From an uncultured delta proteobacterium (GTDB taxonomy: Bacteria; Desulfobacterota; Binatia; UBA9968), in contig CAVWLW010000023.1 in assembly GCA_963755715.1 (NCBI GenBank), forward strand, positions 1 to 64,000: 64,000 nt of DNA, given 5' to 3'. Positions within the stretch are counted from its first letter, which is position 1, and every line of letters begins with the position of its first letter. This document shows, piece after piece, positions 9,411 to 20,425 of the stretch. The notes beneath the pieces were generated by a model. That model made no database searches, had not been told where the DNA came from, and worked only from the letters and a program-made list of their open reading frames with translations. The position numbers and the translations under genes were made by a program.

Positions 9411-11036
9411 TCAACGGCTGCGAAAGAGGCGTTTGAAAAAGGAGCTGAATCCCTTCTCGGCGTTCTGCGGCAAGCCCGCCTCGACCAACTTTTCCGCATG
9501 CAAATTTACCGAGGGATTTTCCACCGGCCCGGTGACTTTTAGCGGTACCACGACGCGGCCTTGCTTGTCGCGGAAAAAAGTCGAGATTTTGGCGCGCGTT
9601 GTCCGCGCTGAGGCCTGTGGAGAAAGAGCCGTGCTGAGCGCGAGATCCAAGGTTGGCTGTTCCAGGGTCATGGTACCGTGGCCGCTCACTTCCATCTGCG
9701 GATTGATCAGATAGAGACGGGTAAATTCCGCGTAGCCGCCGCCGAGGATAAAATCGGCCTCCAGAGTCTTAAACGTGGTCGCCTGGCGCCGCTCGTCTTT
9801 CGATAGCCCGATCATGCCGGTGACTCGTTCAATCTTGTTGATCAAATCGACGTTGGTGAGCTCGCCGTCGCGCGCGACGAGTTTGCCGTTGCCTTGTAGG
9901 CGTTTGCTCACTGATCCGCCGCCGGGCGGCAAGCGCATCGAGACTTCGCCGCTAAGATTGCCTTTGACCGCCCGCTTGCCTTTAACTTTAACGTCTTTAA
10001 ACAGGCCGCGAATCTGGGTCACTAGGCTGTTGGACGGCCCGTTGACGTTCAAGTCTAGGCTCATCGGCCCGGAAATTTCGGTGTCGCGCGGCGCCAGACT
10101 GAACACGGACAGGATCTGGAAAATCTTTCCGGCATCGACGTTATCGCTTTTGAGATTTAAATTGACCCGCGGCGCCGTAAATGGGTTGCTCACCCCGCCT
10201 TGGACCGGCAAGCTCAGGTCTTGAATCTTTAAATGGTTATTTTTGAGTTCGAGCAAGGATTTTTCTTCTTGGTAGTCGAGCTCACCTTCGAGTGAGATCG
10301 TCCTGAGGCCCGGATAATTAAATGACGCCTTGAAGGGGAAGGGCGCGTCACTGGAGAATTCCTTCAACGAGAGATCTATGCCTTTTATATTGACCGGCGC
10401 TCGACCTTGGGTCAGCAGATTGATCTGGCCGTCTTTGATGCTGACGTTTTGCGGAATCAAGACCGGCACGGTCGCCATTTCCGCCGGCTTTGCCGCTTCG
10501 GATTTCTTCCGCGTTTCGCGGCGAGTGCCGGCGGGCGGTTTTTTAGTCGCGATGTCCGAATAGTTAAAAGTGCCGTCGGGTTGTTTTAGGAGATTGAAAA
10601 CAGGCTTGTCGAGCAGCAATTCGGTCACTTCGAAGCGACCCTTTAAAAGCGGCCAAAGCTTGAGCCGCAGGCGAACCTGCTCGGCGGAAAAAAAAGTATT
10701 TTCCGCGAATGCGGGCGGATCGAAAACTTTTAAGTTGGAGAGGCGGATCGATGGCGTCGGCACTAGGCTAAGCCGGACCTCACCGACGTCGAGCCGGCGG
10801 TTGAGCGCCTCCTCGACCAACGGCAAATAGGTGCGCTTGAATAACCCGAGGTCGACAAAATGCGGTCCGATGAGGATGAGCGCGAATAAAAAGCCGATGA
10901 TTCCCAGACCGATCCATGCGGCCTTTTTGAGCTTATAGCTCCACGTCGGCAAGGCTAAACTCGGTGTTGAGACGGTTTCCGGCACGGTCGAATCCTTCGC
11001 GCGGGTATTATACGCGATCTGTGGGTGTGTTTCCAA
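9411..11036 (-). CDS. AsmA family protein
   Basis: N-terminal TM anchor, LRLKLWPLLKG, and C-terminal VPLKVTGPVENP. Start codon uncertain. Confidence 0.8.
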   Translation of the reverse strand: METHPQIAYNTRAKDSTVPETVSTPSLALPTWSYKLKKAAWIGLGIIGFLFALILIGPHFVDLGLFKRTYLPLVEEALNRRLDVGEVRLSLVPTPSIRLSNLKVFDPPAFAENTFFSAEQVRLRLKLWPLLKGRFEVTELLLDKPVFNLLKQPDGTFNYSDIATKKPPAGTRRETRKKSEAAKPAEMATVPVLIPQNVSIKDGQINLLTQGRAPVNIKGIDLSLKEFSSDAPFPFKASFNYPGLRTISLEGELDYQEEKSLLELKNNHLKIQDLSLPVQGGVSNPFTAPRVNLNLKSDNVDAGKIFQILSVFSLAPRDTEISGPMSLDLNVNGPSNSLVTQIRGLFKDVKVKGKRAVKGNLSGEVSMRLPPGGGSVSKRLQGNGKLVARDGELTNVDLINKIERVTGMIGLSKDERRQATTFKTLEADFILGGGYAEFTRLYLINPQMEVSGHGTMTLEQPTLDLALSTALSPQASARTTRAKISTFFRDKQGRVVVPLKVTGPVENPSVNLHAEKLVEAGLPQNAEKGFSSFFKRLFRSR

Positions 11037-11223
11037 ATTATTGCGACTACGTCTTGAAGCAGTGAGGGGCGCGCGGGATCGTGCGTTGACAGGGCAGACA
11101 CATGGGTCTGCGTCTGCAGTTCGGCGGACTCCTAGTCGATTGCAATCCTGTCTGAAACGATTTCGAGTAGCGACGGCAACAACTATTTGTTAGCATAGCG
11201 CACTCTGAAGGATCAGCACTGAT

Positions 11224-12192
11224 TTGGACCTCGCGCTCGAAATTCTCCCCCAAGTTATTTTGGACGGCATCGTCCTAGGCTTCATGTACGCGCTGGTCGC
11301 ACTGGGCTACACGATGGTTTATGGCGTGCTGGAGTTTATCAACTTCGCCCACAGCGAAATTTTCGTTCTTGGCGCCTTTGTCGGCGTTGAGGTATTTTTA
11401 CTGTTGCAGAGTGCCGGTTACCTCGGCACGCTCCATCCGGTAATAGTCTTGTCGTTGGTCATTGTGACCAGCATGGTGATCAGCGGGGTCGCGGCGATGG
11501 CACTGGAGCGCATCGCTTATCGTCCGCTCCTCGGTGGACCGCGCCTCGTCGCGCTGATTTCCGCCATCGGCGCGTCCTTTTTTCTTCAAGACGGATTGCG
11601 ATTGTTCGAGAGCCTGTGGCGCAATACCTTTTATCTAAGCTATCCGAGCCTGGATTTTCTCGATCGCGCCGTGCCGCTCACCGCTAACCTGGTCATCCCC
11701 GTAAAATCGATGCTGGTCATCGTCACGGCCTTGGCGACTCTTGCGGGGCTTCATTTCTTCGTCAACCGAACCCGATTGGGCATGGCGATACGCGCCGTGG
11801 CGCAAGACCCGGATACCGCGTCGTTGATGGGAGTGCCGGTCAATCGGGTCATCGCTCTGACGTTTTTCGTTGGTGGCTCGCTCGGCGGGCTCGCCGGCGT
11901 GCTTTTCGGCATTCACTATAGCCTGGTCAATCCTTACAGCGGTTTTATTCCCGGCATGAAGGCTTTCACCGCCGCCGTGCTCGGCGGCATCGGTAATATC
12001 CCCGGCGCGATGGTCGGCGGCATGATGCTCGGTCTGCTCGAGGCTTTCGCCGCGTCTTATCTTTCTTTGATGACCGACGGCGCGTTCGGCGCCGAGTATA
12101 AAGACGTCGTCGCCTTCCTGGTGTTGATCCTGATTTTGATCTTTCGGCCGAAGGGCTTGCTCGGCGAGACGGTACGGGAGAGTAACGCGTGA
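11224..12192 (+). CDS. livH: Branched-chain amino acid ABC transporter permease
   Basis: LVALGYTMVYGVLEFINFAHSE and KAFTAAVLGGIG. Confidence 0.9.
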   Translation: MDLALEILPQVILDGIVLGFMYALVALGYTMVYGVLEFINFAHSEIFVLGAFVGVEVFLLLQSAGYLGTLHPVIVLSLVIVTSMVISGVAAMALERIAYRPLLGGPRLVALISAIGASFFLQDGLRLFESLWRNTFYLSYPSLDFLDRAVPLTANLVIPVKSMLVIVTALATLAGLHFFVNRTRLGMAIRAVAQDPDTASLMGVPVNRVIALTFFVGGSLGGLAGVLFGIHYSLVNPYSGFIPGMKAFTAAVLGGIGNIPGAMVGGMMLGLLEAFAASYLSLMTDGAFGAEYKDVVAFLVLILILIFRPKGLLGETVRESNA

Positions 12193-13436
12193 GGCGCTCG
12201 CTGGCCGGTTTGGGGCTCTGTGTTTATATCGCCGCCAGTTGTTTGCTGGCCTACTTCTTTCCGCAATCCGTTCTCGCTTTTTTACTGGTCGAAGCCTCGC
12301 TTTTGCTGCTCTACTATATCGATGCGCCGCGCCAGATCAAAATTTTTCTCGGTGTCCTCGTGCTGGTCATACTTTTTCCTATCCTCGGCTGGGCGAACGG
12401 TTATTATCTCGAAATTGCGATTCAGATCGGCATCTTCGTTGCCTTGGCGCTCGGGCTTAACATCGTCGTCGGTTTCGTCGGGTTACTCAATCTCGGTTTT
12501 GTCGCTTTTTACGCCATTGGCGCTTATCTCTGGGCGATCTTCGGCTCGCCTCAAGCTAATGCGTTTATTCCAGGCAACCTGTTTCCGCTGTCGCCCAACT
12601 GGTTTTTTGTCTTTCTCGTCTTAAGTATTATCGTCGGCGCGTTGACCGGTTTTGTCTTGGGCTTGCCGGTTCTGCGCCTGCGCGGCGACTATCTCGCCAT
12701 CGTCACTTTGGGCTTCGCCGAGGTCGTGCGCGCGCTGATGAACAATCTCGACAAGCCGGTGAATTTCACCAACGGCCCGAGAGGGATCGCGCCGATCAGC
12801 AAGCCGCCGCTATTCTTTCAGCCAGTGCTGGAATTTTTCGGCTTGCAAGTCCCTGAAGCCAAGCTTTATCCGCTCTACTTTTATTTTCTAATTTTGTTCT
12901 TGGTCTGCCTCATCATTTGGGTCACCCGGCAGTTGGAAAACTCGCGCGTCGGGCGTGCCTGGAAAGCGATCCGTGAAGACGAGATTGCCGCCGCGGCCAT
13001 GGGCGTTCCGGTGGTGCGCATGAAATTGCTTGGCTTCGCCGTCGGCGCGTCTTTCGCGGCTGCCGTCGGTGTGTTGTTCGCCGCCAAGCAAGTGTTTATC
13101 AATCCGGAGAGCTTTACTTTCATGGAATCGATCGGTGTTTTGGCGATGGTCATTCTCGGTGGCATGGGTTCGATCCCGGGCGCTATTCTCGGCGCTACCG
13201 GTGTCACGATACTCAATTTGCAGTTGCTCAAAGGCTTGTCGCTTTGGCTGAACGGACTGCGCCAATCGGGCGCAGTCCTGTCGATTCCATTACTCGGCAG
13301 TTATTCGCTGAGCCAGCTGCCGGCGCAGTTCGAACCGGCGAAATACGAGCGCATGGTGTTCGGCTTGATTTTGATTTTGATGATGATTTTTCGGCCACAG
13401 GGCGTGCTGCCGGCCGGTCGGGAGCGCAAGAAATAA
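12189..13436 (+). CDS. livM: Branched-chain amino acid ABC transporter permease
   Basis: LGLNIVVG, LRLRGDYLAIVTLGFAE and AIREDEIAA. Confidence 0.9.
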   Translation: MRRSLAGLGLCVYIAASCLLAYFFPQSVLAFLLVEASLLLLYYIDAPRQIKIFLGVLVLVILFPILGWANGYYLEIAIQIGIFVALALGLNIVVGFVGLLNLGFVAFYAIGAYLWAIFGSPQANAFIPGNLFPLSPNWFFVFLVLSIIVGALTGFVLGLPVLRLRGDYLAIVTLGFAEVVRALMNNLDKPVNFTNGPRGIAPISKPPLFFQPVLEFFGLQVPEAKLYPLYFYFLILFLVCLIIWVTRQLENSRVGRAWKAIREDEIAAAAMGVPVVRMKLLGFAVGASFAAAVGVLFAAKQVFINPESFTFMESIGVLAMVILGGMGSIPGAILGATGVTILNLQLLKGLSLWLNGLRQSGAVLSIPLLGSYSLSQLPAQFEPAKYERMVFGLILILMMIFRPQGVLPAGRERKK

Positions 13437-14221
13437 TGGCGCTGCTCGAACTCCGCGCCATCTCGAAACGCTTCGGCGGCTTGCAAGCGCTGATGAACGT
13501 GAGCCTCGAGCTGGAAGAAGGTACAATCGCTTCACTGATCGGTCCCAATGGCGCAGGGAAAACGACGCTGTTTAATACTTTGACGGGGCTTTACCGGCCG
13601 GACCAAGGCGAAATTCATTTTCAAGAGCGTTCCTTGCTCGGCTTGAAGCCCGATAAAATAACTGCCGCCGGCATCAGCCGAACCTTTCAGAATATCCGTT
13701 TGTTCTCGCACATGACGGTTTTGGAAAACGTCCTGGTCGGCATGCACTCGCGGCTGAAGACGAGCTTGCCATCGATTCTTTGCAACTCGAAGGTATTTTC
13801 CAGCCAGGAACATGAGGCGCGCTGCCGCGCCATGGAGCTGATCGAGCTTACCGGACTCTGCGGCCGCGAAAATGAGTGGGCACAGCAGTTGTCTTACGGT
13901 GAGCAACGCCGGCTTGAAATCGCCCGGGCACTAGCTGCGGCGCCGCAGCTCTTGCTGCTCGACGAACCGACGGCGGGCATGAACACCGGGGAGGCGCAGT
14001 CATTGATGGCGCTGTTTCGTGAACTGATCGGTAAGCACGTCAAGGCGATCCTGCTAATCGAGCACAATATGCGGGTGGTAATGGGGATCTCGCACCGCGT
14101 GCACGTGCTCGACTACGGTGAAAAGATCGCCGAAGGAAATCCTGAAGATGTACGCAAGGACCCGCGCGTGATTGAAGCCTACCTGGGCCAAGGATCGTGG
14201 ATGGGGAATGCTCAAAGTTAA
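13436..14221 (+). CDS. livG: Branched-chain amino acid ABC transporter ATPase
   Basis: GPNGAGKTT, LSYGEQRRLEIARAL and LLLDEP. The ATG overlaps the livM stop (TAATG). Confidence 0.9.
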   Translation: MALLELRAISKRFGGLQALMNVSLELEEGTIASLIGPNGAGKTTLFNTLTGLYRPDQGEIHFQERSLLGLKPDKITAAGISRTFQNIRLFSHMTVLENVLVGMHSRLKTSLPSILCNSKVFSSQEHEARCRAMELIELTGLCGRENEWAQQLSYGEQRRLEIARALAAAPQLLLLDEPTAGMNTGEAQSLMALFRELIGKHVKAILLIEHNMRVVMGISHRVHVLDYGEKIAEGNPEDVRKDPRVIEAYLGQGSWMGNAQS

Positions 14222-14909
14222 AGCCATCCATGTCTACTACGGCGCCATCCATGCGCTGAAGGGCGTGTCGTTTGAAGTTCAACAGGGCGAGCTGGTGACG
14301 TTGCTCGGCGCCAACGGCGCTGGAAAAACCACGACTCTCAAGACGGTGTCGGGATTGTTGCGACCCGCGCGCGGTTCGGTCGAGCTCGAAGGAAAAGCGC
14401 TGCACCGAATCGATGCCGATGAGATCGTTCGTCGCGGCGTCGCTCACGTGCCCGAGGGAAGGAAAGTTTTTCCACGCTTCACCGTGCTGGAAAATCTCAA
14501 GATCGGCGGCTACACGCGTCCCAAGTCCGCGCTCGCGCCAGAGCTGGATTTTGCGTTCCAAATGTTTCCGCGTTTAAAGGAGCGGCAAAAACAATACGCC
14601 GGCACTCTGTCCGGCGGCGAGCAGCAAATGCTCGCGATCGCCCGGGCATTGATGGCCAAGCCGAAGCTCTTACTGCTCGATGAACCGTCCATGGGCTTGG
14701 CGCCCAAGATCGTCGAGCTGATACTTGAGAATATCCAGAAGATTAATGCAGCGGGCGTTACCGTCTTACTGGTCGAGCAAAACGCGGCAATGGCGCTGGC
14801 GATCTCGCATCGAGGTTATGTGTTGGAAACCGGCGAGGTCATACTCGAGGGAACTGCCAGAGACCTTGCCGGGAATGATTTGGTACGCCAGGCGTATTTG
14901 GGCGGATAA
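14208..14909 (+). CDS. livF: Branched-chain amino acid ABC transporter ATPase
   Basis: GANGAGKTT, LSGGEQQMLAIARAL and LDEPSMGLAP. Confidence 0.9.
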   Translation: MLKVKAIHVYYGAIHALKGVSFEVQQGELVTLLGANGAGKTTTLKTVSGLLRPARGSVELEGKALHRIDADEIVRRGVAHVPEGRKVFPRFTVLENLKIGGYTRPKSALAPELDFAFQMFPRLKERQKQYAGTLSGGEQQMLAIARALMAKPKLLLLDEPSMGLAPKIVELILENIQKINAAGVTVLLVEQNAAMALAISHRGYVLETGEVILEGTARDLAGNDLVRQAYLGG

Positions 14910-14916
14910 ATAAATT

Positions 14917-15675
14917 TTGCCGTCTTTAAAGGGCGGCGTCGAACGGTTAAACTCAAAACCAGTGCAATATCGAACGCGACAAGTATCATTTGGTCCAGGC
15001 ACGGTGACGCCCGCGGTCAAATTTCTCCTGATCGCCAATACCGCGGTTTTCGTCGTGCAAACGCTGCTCGGCGCCGTGACCGACTACCAGTTGACGCTTG
15101 ATTTCGGTCTGGTGCCGCCGCTCGTCCTGCACGAGTTTTACATTTGGCAGTTGTTTACCTACCAGTTTCTCCACGGCGGGCTATTCCATCTTCTTTTCAA
15201 TATGCTCGCCGTGTGGATGTTCGGCTGCGATCTGGAGCGGCGTTGGGGCAGCAATTTTTTTCTGCGCTATTATTTTATTACTGTCATCGGCGGCGGCATT
15301 CTCAATACGCTCTTCGTGCCCAATCAGATGGGGCCAAGCATCGGTGCCTCGGCGGGAGTTTACGGCATTCTACTCGCTTACGGTTTGATCTATCCCAACC
15401 GCATCGTCTATTTTTATTTTCTCTTTCCGATCAAGATGAAACACTTCGTCTGGATCATCGGCGCCATCGCCCTCTATTCCTCGATCACGGCCGGCCAAAG
15501 CGGCATCGCGCACCTGGCCCACCTCGGCGGCATGGTCTTCGGCTATATTTATTTGCGCGGCTTCAATCCGTGGGAGCGCTTCAAAGACTACCGCGACCGC
15601 CGCCGCCTCACCCGTCTCAAACGCCGCTTTCAGATTCATACCGGCGGCAAAGATGACGGGCCGACCGTACACTGA
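14917..15675 (+). CDS. Rhomboid family intramembrane serine protease
   Basis: HLLFNM, GASAG (catalytic Ser) and AHLGG (catalytic His). The start may be downstream (GTG near 14962). Confidence 0.88.
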   Translation: MPSLKGGVERLNSKPVQYRTRQVSFGPGTVTPAVKFLLIANTAVFVVQTLLGAVTDYQLTLDFGLVPPLVLHEFYIWQLFTYQFLHGGLFHLLFNMLAVWMFGCDLERRWGSNFFLRYYFITVIGGGILNTLFVPNQMGPSIGASAGVYGILLAYGLIYPNRIVYFYFLFPIKMKHFVWIIGAIALYSSITAGQSGIAHLAHLGGMVFGYIYLRGFNPWERFKDYRDRRRLTRLKRRFQIHTGGKDDGPTVH

Positions 15676-15723
15676 AAAAAGCCGCGCCTCCAGATTTGCG
15701 CGTGCGCCCTGCGGCCGGCAAGC

Positions 15724-16590
15724 CTAGAGTTTTTCCCACGAAATTAAGAACACTCCCAAGATCACGAGCAGCACTGCGCCGATTTTCCGTGGCGTCAGTT
15801 GTTCGACGTCCTTTAGAAAGAGTGCCGAGAGCGGCAATACGAACAGCGAGGAGCCGTTGATCAATGGCGAGATGATCGATACCCGTTCCATGCTGAGCGC
15901 GGTGTAGGCGAAGGCGTAAGAAAGAAAGTTCATGAAGCCGGCGGCGGCGAAGAATTTCAGGCCGCGCGGGGCGGATTCGGCAAGCGGTTTTTTTTCTTCG
16001 AGGGCCAGATACATGAGCGTCATGGTTACAAACGAGGTGGTTGCGGCGATGGATGCGCCGAGGATTGGCGCGTGAATATGGACGACGCCGATCCGAACGA
16101 GATTGTCGCGCGCCGCGAACAGGAAAGCCGCCGCGAGAGGAAACAGAAGATCCCGCGTTTGCCAAGTTTTCGCCGTTCCACGCCAGGAGAGCGAGATGAT
16201 TCCGGAGACGATGGTGAACGTACCCAAAAGATTGGTCACGCTGGGTCGCTCGTGAAGAAATAATACCGCGATCAGCGTGGCGAAGAGCGGCGTGCTATTC
16301 GTCAAACAGGAGGATATCGACGCGCCGAGCCGCTCCATGCCTTTGAAAATGAAATAACGGGCTATCCCGGGAACGAAGACCCCAATCATCACGAAAAGCA
16401 GATTGGCCGGCTCCCAAAGATCGATTCTGTCGGTAAAAATCAAAACGTAAATCCAAAGGAACAGCGCATTGACCCCGAGGTTCGTCAGCAGGCCACGAAA
16501 ATAGTCAACCGAGAGGACGCCGCGGTTGATGAGAACCATCGAAACGGCGAACCAAAATGAGCCAAAAAGGCCAAGGAGAATGGCGAGCAT
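15724..16590 (-). CDS. EamA/DMT family transporter
   Basis: About 10 TM helices in two repeats; LFLHERPS and LFLKDVE. Confidence 0.8.
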   Translation of the reverse strand: MLAILLGLFGSFWFAVSMVLINRGVLSVDYFRGLLTNLGVNALFLWIYVLIFTDRIDLWEPANLLFVMIGVFVPGIARYFIFKGMERLGASISSCLTNSTPLFATLIAVLFLHERPSVTNLLGTFTIVSGIISLSWRGTAKTWQTRDLLFPLAAAFLFAARDNLVRIGVVHIHAPILGASIAATTSFVTMTLMYLALEEKKPLAESAPRGLKFFAAAGFMNFLSYAFAYTALSMERVSIISPLINGSSLFVLPLSALFLKDVEQLTPRKIGAVLLVILGVFLISWEKL

Positions 16591-16763
16591 GCTTCGCCCG
16601 CGACCTTACCCTGCGCCGGTTGGTCGTACAAATGGCGAAGCGTGAAAGGGCCGTCGCGGAAAATCATGGTAATGAAATTCACATTCAAACGTCTAACAGA
16701 GAGGCGAAAAGGATTAGTGGTCGGTGCTATCGAGGATCACAGTTGCCCAAGTCGGGAGGCAAA

Positions 16764-17158
16764 ATGAAGCGACTGTTGGTTTTGGCGATAACACTTGCGG
16801 GTCTATTTTACTTCCCAAGCCCATCGGCAGCCGGACAAGGCCACGTGATGTTTCAATCGAGCGGCGTCATTTTCAAGCCAGCGCCGCGCGCCGGGGTGAC
16901 ACCGAACCGACCCTTCTATCGCCGCGGCTATCCCGTTTCGCCCTATTCTTATCCACCGATTCCGCTCATCCCGCCTTACGCAAGCGCTTGCTACTTGCCG
17001 TCTTCGGTCGTCATCACAGCGCCGTATCTTTGTATTTTACACAACGAAGCTTTTGTCAGTCGGATCGGCATGATCGATCACCTGGCGGGCATGCACGGGA
17101 TGCCGCTGCATCGATCTGTCCCGACGCTGCGGCCAATTGTATTTTTCCGTCCTATTAA
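16764..17158 (+). CDS. Secreted hypothetical protein with Cys/His motif, probable frameshift near 17110
   Basis: GGAGG RBS, signal peptide, and CILHNEAF..DHLAGMH. A plausible C-terminus (ICPDAAANCIFPSY) lies in another frame. Confidence 0.5.
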
Positions 17159-17258
17159 GTTTCTCTTAACCGCTACTTTTACTCGTTTTGCACTGCTAGG
17201 GTGATGTGCTACGAATGTGAAATTGCCTGCTTGCCGGGCGAACGCTTCTGGATATTTT

Positions 17259-18572
17259 ATGGCGGAAAAAATCTTCACGTCTGCAGAATTGTACGAAGCC
17301 TGGCCGGTGCTGTCATTGGAGGAGCGCGTCGAAGGATTTGAATTTTTAAAACGCGATGACGCCGATGATTTCTTTTTGCAATTAAATGCGCGCGATCGCG
17401 CGGAGCTTCTATTGGCTTTGCCGCCCGGTGAGCGGCGCTTGTGGATGCGCTTGCTGGCGCCAGATGACGCCGCGGATGTTATTCAAGAAGCGCCCGCCGA
17501 AGAGCGCGAAAGTATGTTGTCGCTGCTCGACGACCAGACCCGCAGGGAAGTGAAAGGGCTTCTCGACTACGCCGAGGATGAAGCGGGCGGCTTGATGAAC
17601 ACGCGCTACTCCCGTTTGCGCGCGGACATGACCGTGGACGAGGCGATCAGCTACCTGCGCAAGGACGCGCGCATGCGCGAAAAAACGGTTTACTACGTTT
17701 TTGTCGTCGATGCTCAAGAACATCTGCACGGCGTGGTCTCATTCCGAGATCTGCTCGTTTCTCCGGGTGACAAACTTGTCCAAGACGTGATGCGCACGGA
17801 CGTGATCTCGGCGCCGGAAGACTTGGACCAAGAAGCGCTGAGTCAGCTTTTCATGCGCCATCATCTGTTAATGATGCCGGTCGTGGACGCCGAAGGGCGC
17901 ATCAAAGGCGTGGTCAACGTCAACGACATCGTTGACGTCGTTCAAGAGGAAGCGACCGAAGACATTCAAAAACTCGGCGCCGTCGAAACGCTCCAAGGGC
18001 CTTACCTGCAGGTTCCGTTGCCGCGCATGATCCGCAAGCGCGCCGGTTGGTTGGCCGCGCTTTTTCTCGGTGAAATGCTGACCGCGACCGCGATGGGACA
18101 ATTTGAAGCCGAAATCGCCCACGCCGTGGTGTTGGCGTTATTCGTGCCGCTGATCATCAGCAGCGGCGGCAATTCCGGTGCGCAAGCGACCACACTGGTC
18201 ATTCGCGCCATGGCGTTGGGAGAAGTGCGGCTGCGCGACTGGTGGCGGGTGATCCGGCGTGAAGTGATCACGGGCTTCGGTTTGGGCGCCATACTCGCTT
18301 CCATCGGCATGGTGCGCATTCTACTCTGGCAATTTCTCTTTAACGCCTACGGCGATCATTACTTTCTCGTCGCGCTGACCGTTGCTTTCAGTTTGGTCGG
18401 CGTCGTCTTGTGGGGCTCCGTCGCCGGTTCGATCCTGCCGTTCATCTTGCGTGGTTTGGGTTTCGACCCGGCGAGCGCGTCAGCGCCGTTCGTCGCGACT
18501 CTGGTCGACGTAACCGGTTTGGTGATCTATTTCTCGATCGCCGCGGTAGTGCTGAACGGCACTCTGTTGTAG
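17259..18572 (+). CDS. mgtE: Magnesium transporter MgtE
   Basis: CBS pair, EEATEDI, ISSGGNSGAQA and ASAPFVATLVDVTG. Confidence 0.93.
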   Translation: MAEKIFTSAELYEAWPVLSLEERVEGFEFLKRDDADDFFLQLNARDRAELLLALPPGERRLWMRLLAPDDAADVIQEAPAEERESMLSLLDDQTRREVKGLLDYAEDEAGGLMNTRYSRLRADMTVDEAISYLRKDARMREKTVYYVFVVDAQEHLHGVVSFRDLLVSPGDKLVQDVMRTDVISAPEDLDQEALSQLFMRHHLLMMPVVDAEGRIKGVVNVNDIVDVVQEEATEDIQKLGAVETLQGPYLQVPLPRMIRKRAGWLAALFLGEMLTATAMGQFEAEIAHAVVLALFVPLIISSGGNSGAQATTLVIRAMALGEVRLRDWWRVIRREVITGFGLGAILASIGMVRILLWQFLFNAYGDHYFLVALTVAFSLVGVVLWGSVAGSILPFILRGLGFDPASASAPFVATLVDVTGLVIYFSIAAVVLNGTLL

Positions 18573-18710
18573 CTTGGATCGAGCGAACGAATTGCATCGC
18601 CAGGGCGCGCCGCCAAGCTAAACATCTCGCCTCCCACAACACTCACACCTACTTTTTCGCTTGCCATGATTGAGATATGCTTTCGATCAGCGATAGTACA
18701 CGCGGACGCC

Positions 18711-20093
18711 ATGAGCAACATTGCCAGCAAACTTGCGAAGGTAATCAATCCGGCAAGGATTGTCGCGGATTCCTCCATGCTCGACGAGCTTTCCTGGGAT
18801 GCGCTCAGCGAGGGGCGCATGCACCCGAACCATCATCCCGAGCTGCGCACGCCACTCTGCGCCGTCAAACCACAATCGACGGAGGAGGTGCGCCGCATCG
18901 TCCAGTTCGCCAACGCGGAAAAAATCGCACTGGTGCCTTTCGGTGGCGGTTCAGGACTGATGGGTGGCGCCATTCCGATCCGGCCCAGCCTGGCCATCGA
19001 TCTGCGCGACTTGAAACAAATTGTCGAGATCGATATCGCCGCGCGTTCCGCCCGCGTCCAAGCCGGAGTCGTGCTCGAAGCGCTGGACGCAAGACTAAAT
19101 GAGCTGGGCTATATTCTCGGCCACGATCCATGGACGGTTCCAGTTGCCACTATCGGCGGCGCGATCTCGACCAACAGTGTCGGCTATCGCGCGGGTGTTT
19201 ACGGTTCGATGGGCGAGCAGGTTTTGGGCTTGGAAGCTGTGCTACCGAATGGCGAAATCCTGCGCACGCGACCGGTATCGAAACATTCGGCGGGCATCGA
19301 TCTCAATGCGCTTCTGATCGGTGGCGAAGGCTGCTTCGGGGTGATCACCGAAGCGACGATCCGCATTTTCCCAAAGCCGCAAGCGCGGGTTTTTCGCGGG
19401 TTTCTCTTTTTTTCTTTTGAACAGGGGTTCGCGGCGATCCAGAAAATGTTTCATGAGCGGATCGAACCGGCGTTGCTCGATTTCGGCGACGATGAAGAAA
19501 AGCACGACCCCGGGGCGTTGTTGTACCTGGTCTTCGAGGGCAACGAAAAAATAGTTACGACGGAAGCAAATCTAGCGGCGGCGATCTGTACTGCCGGCGG
19601 CGGTGAGCCGCTCGACCGCGCGGAACCGGAGCAGTTCTGGCTCGAGCGTCATGAAATCGCGCGCCGCTTCATGCAGAACCGCCGCCAGCGCCGAGAACGC
19701 GGTCGAGACGGCATCTATCGGGATTGGATTCATGTTGCGCTGCCGGCATCGAAGGTTCTGGCGTTTAAAATTGCCGCGCAAAAGTTGATTCAAAGCCGCG
19801 GTGTGCGGCTTCAGGAAAGCGGTTTGTGGGTGCAACCGGAGCTGTTTTCCATGCGCTTGGGCGCCGACGAACACACGACACCAAACGCCCAATTGGTATT
19901 GGAGGAAACCGTCGAGGAATTGCTGCGCTTGGTGCAGCAGATGGGCGGTTCGATGGAATACACGCACGGCGTCGGCTTCAAACTGGCGCCGCTCATGGCT
20001 GAGGAGCACGGCTACGGCTTGGAAGTGATGCGGCAAATCAAGAAGACGCTTGATCCCAACAATATTATGAATCCGGGAAAGCTCGGACTGTGA
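18711..20093 (+). CDS. FAD-binding oxidoreductase (GlcD/alkyl-DHAP synthase-like)
   Basis: PFGGGSGLMGG, ATIGGAIST, GGEGCFGVITE, HGVG and LDPNNIMNPGK. Confidence 0.85.
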   Translation: MSNIASKLAKVINPARIVADSSMLDELSWDALSEGRMHPNHHPELRTPLCAVKPQSTEEVRRIVQFANAEKIALVPFGGGSGLMGGAIPIRPSLAIDLRDLKQIVEIDIAARSARVQAGVVLEALDARLNELGYILGHDPWTVPVATIGGAISTNSVGYRAGVYGSMGEQVLGLEAVLPNGEILRTRPVSKHSAGIDLNALLIGGEGCFGVITEATIRIFPKPQARVFRGFLFFSFEQGFAAIQKMFHERIEPALLDFGDDEEKHDPGALLYLVFEGNEKIVTTEANLAAAICTAGGGEPLDRAEPEQFWLERHEIARRFMQNRRQRRERGRDGIYRDWIHVALPASKVLAFKIAAQKLIQSRGVRLQESGLWVQPELFSMRLGADEHTTPNAQLVLEETVEELLRLVQQMGGSMEYTHGVGFKLAPLMAEEHGYGLEVMRQIKKTLDPNNIMNPGKLGL

Positions 20094-20395
20094 TCGGAAA
20101 ACGACGCGGCTGGCGCGCCATCCAGCAGAGCGGATGAGCCAGGAGATGCTGTTGCAGCTTGGCTGCGTCGAACTCGGCGTCGCCCTCGGGCGCAATCCCA
20201 CGCTGGCGAACCAGTCAAACCTTTTCCCAATTGTTTAAGGCCCTCGTCAATGCGTGCCGAACTCCGCTGGAAGTGACCATAAATCCGGCTTTGACAACGC
20301 TGACAAATCCAGATAAGTAAATCAGTGAAGGTGTTCTTTGGGAGTGAGCAGATTAAGACTAAAACGATTCATAGCCGCTAGAGTTTCAGTACCAG

Positions 20396-20425
20396 AAATG
20401 CACCCAAACGGGTGCATTTTTTTTT
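20396..20425 (+). terminator. Intrinsic terminator-like hairpin in the leader of the zinc-ribbon gene
   Basis: AAATGCACCC-aaac-GGGTGCATTT followed by a T run, about 20 nt before the start codon. Confidence 0.7.
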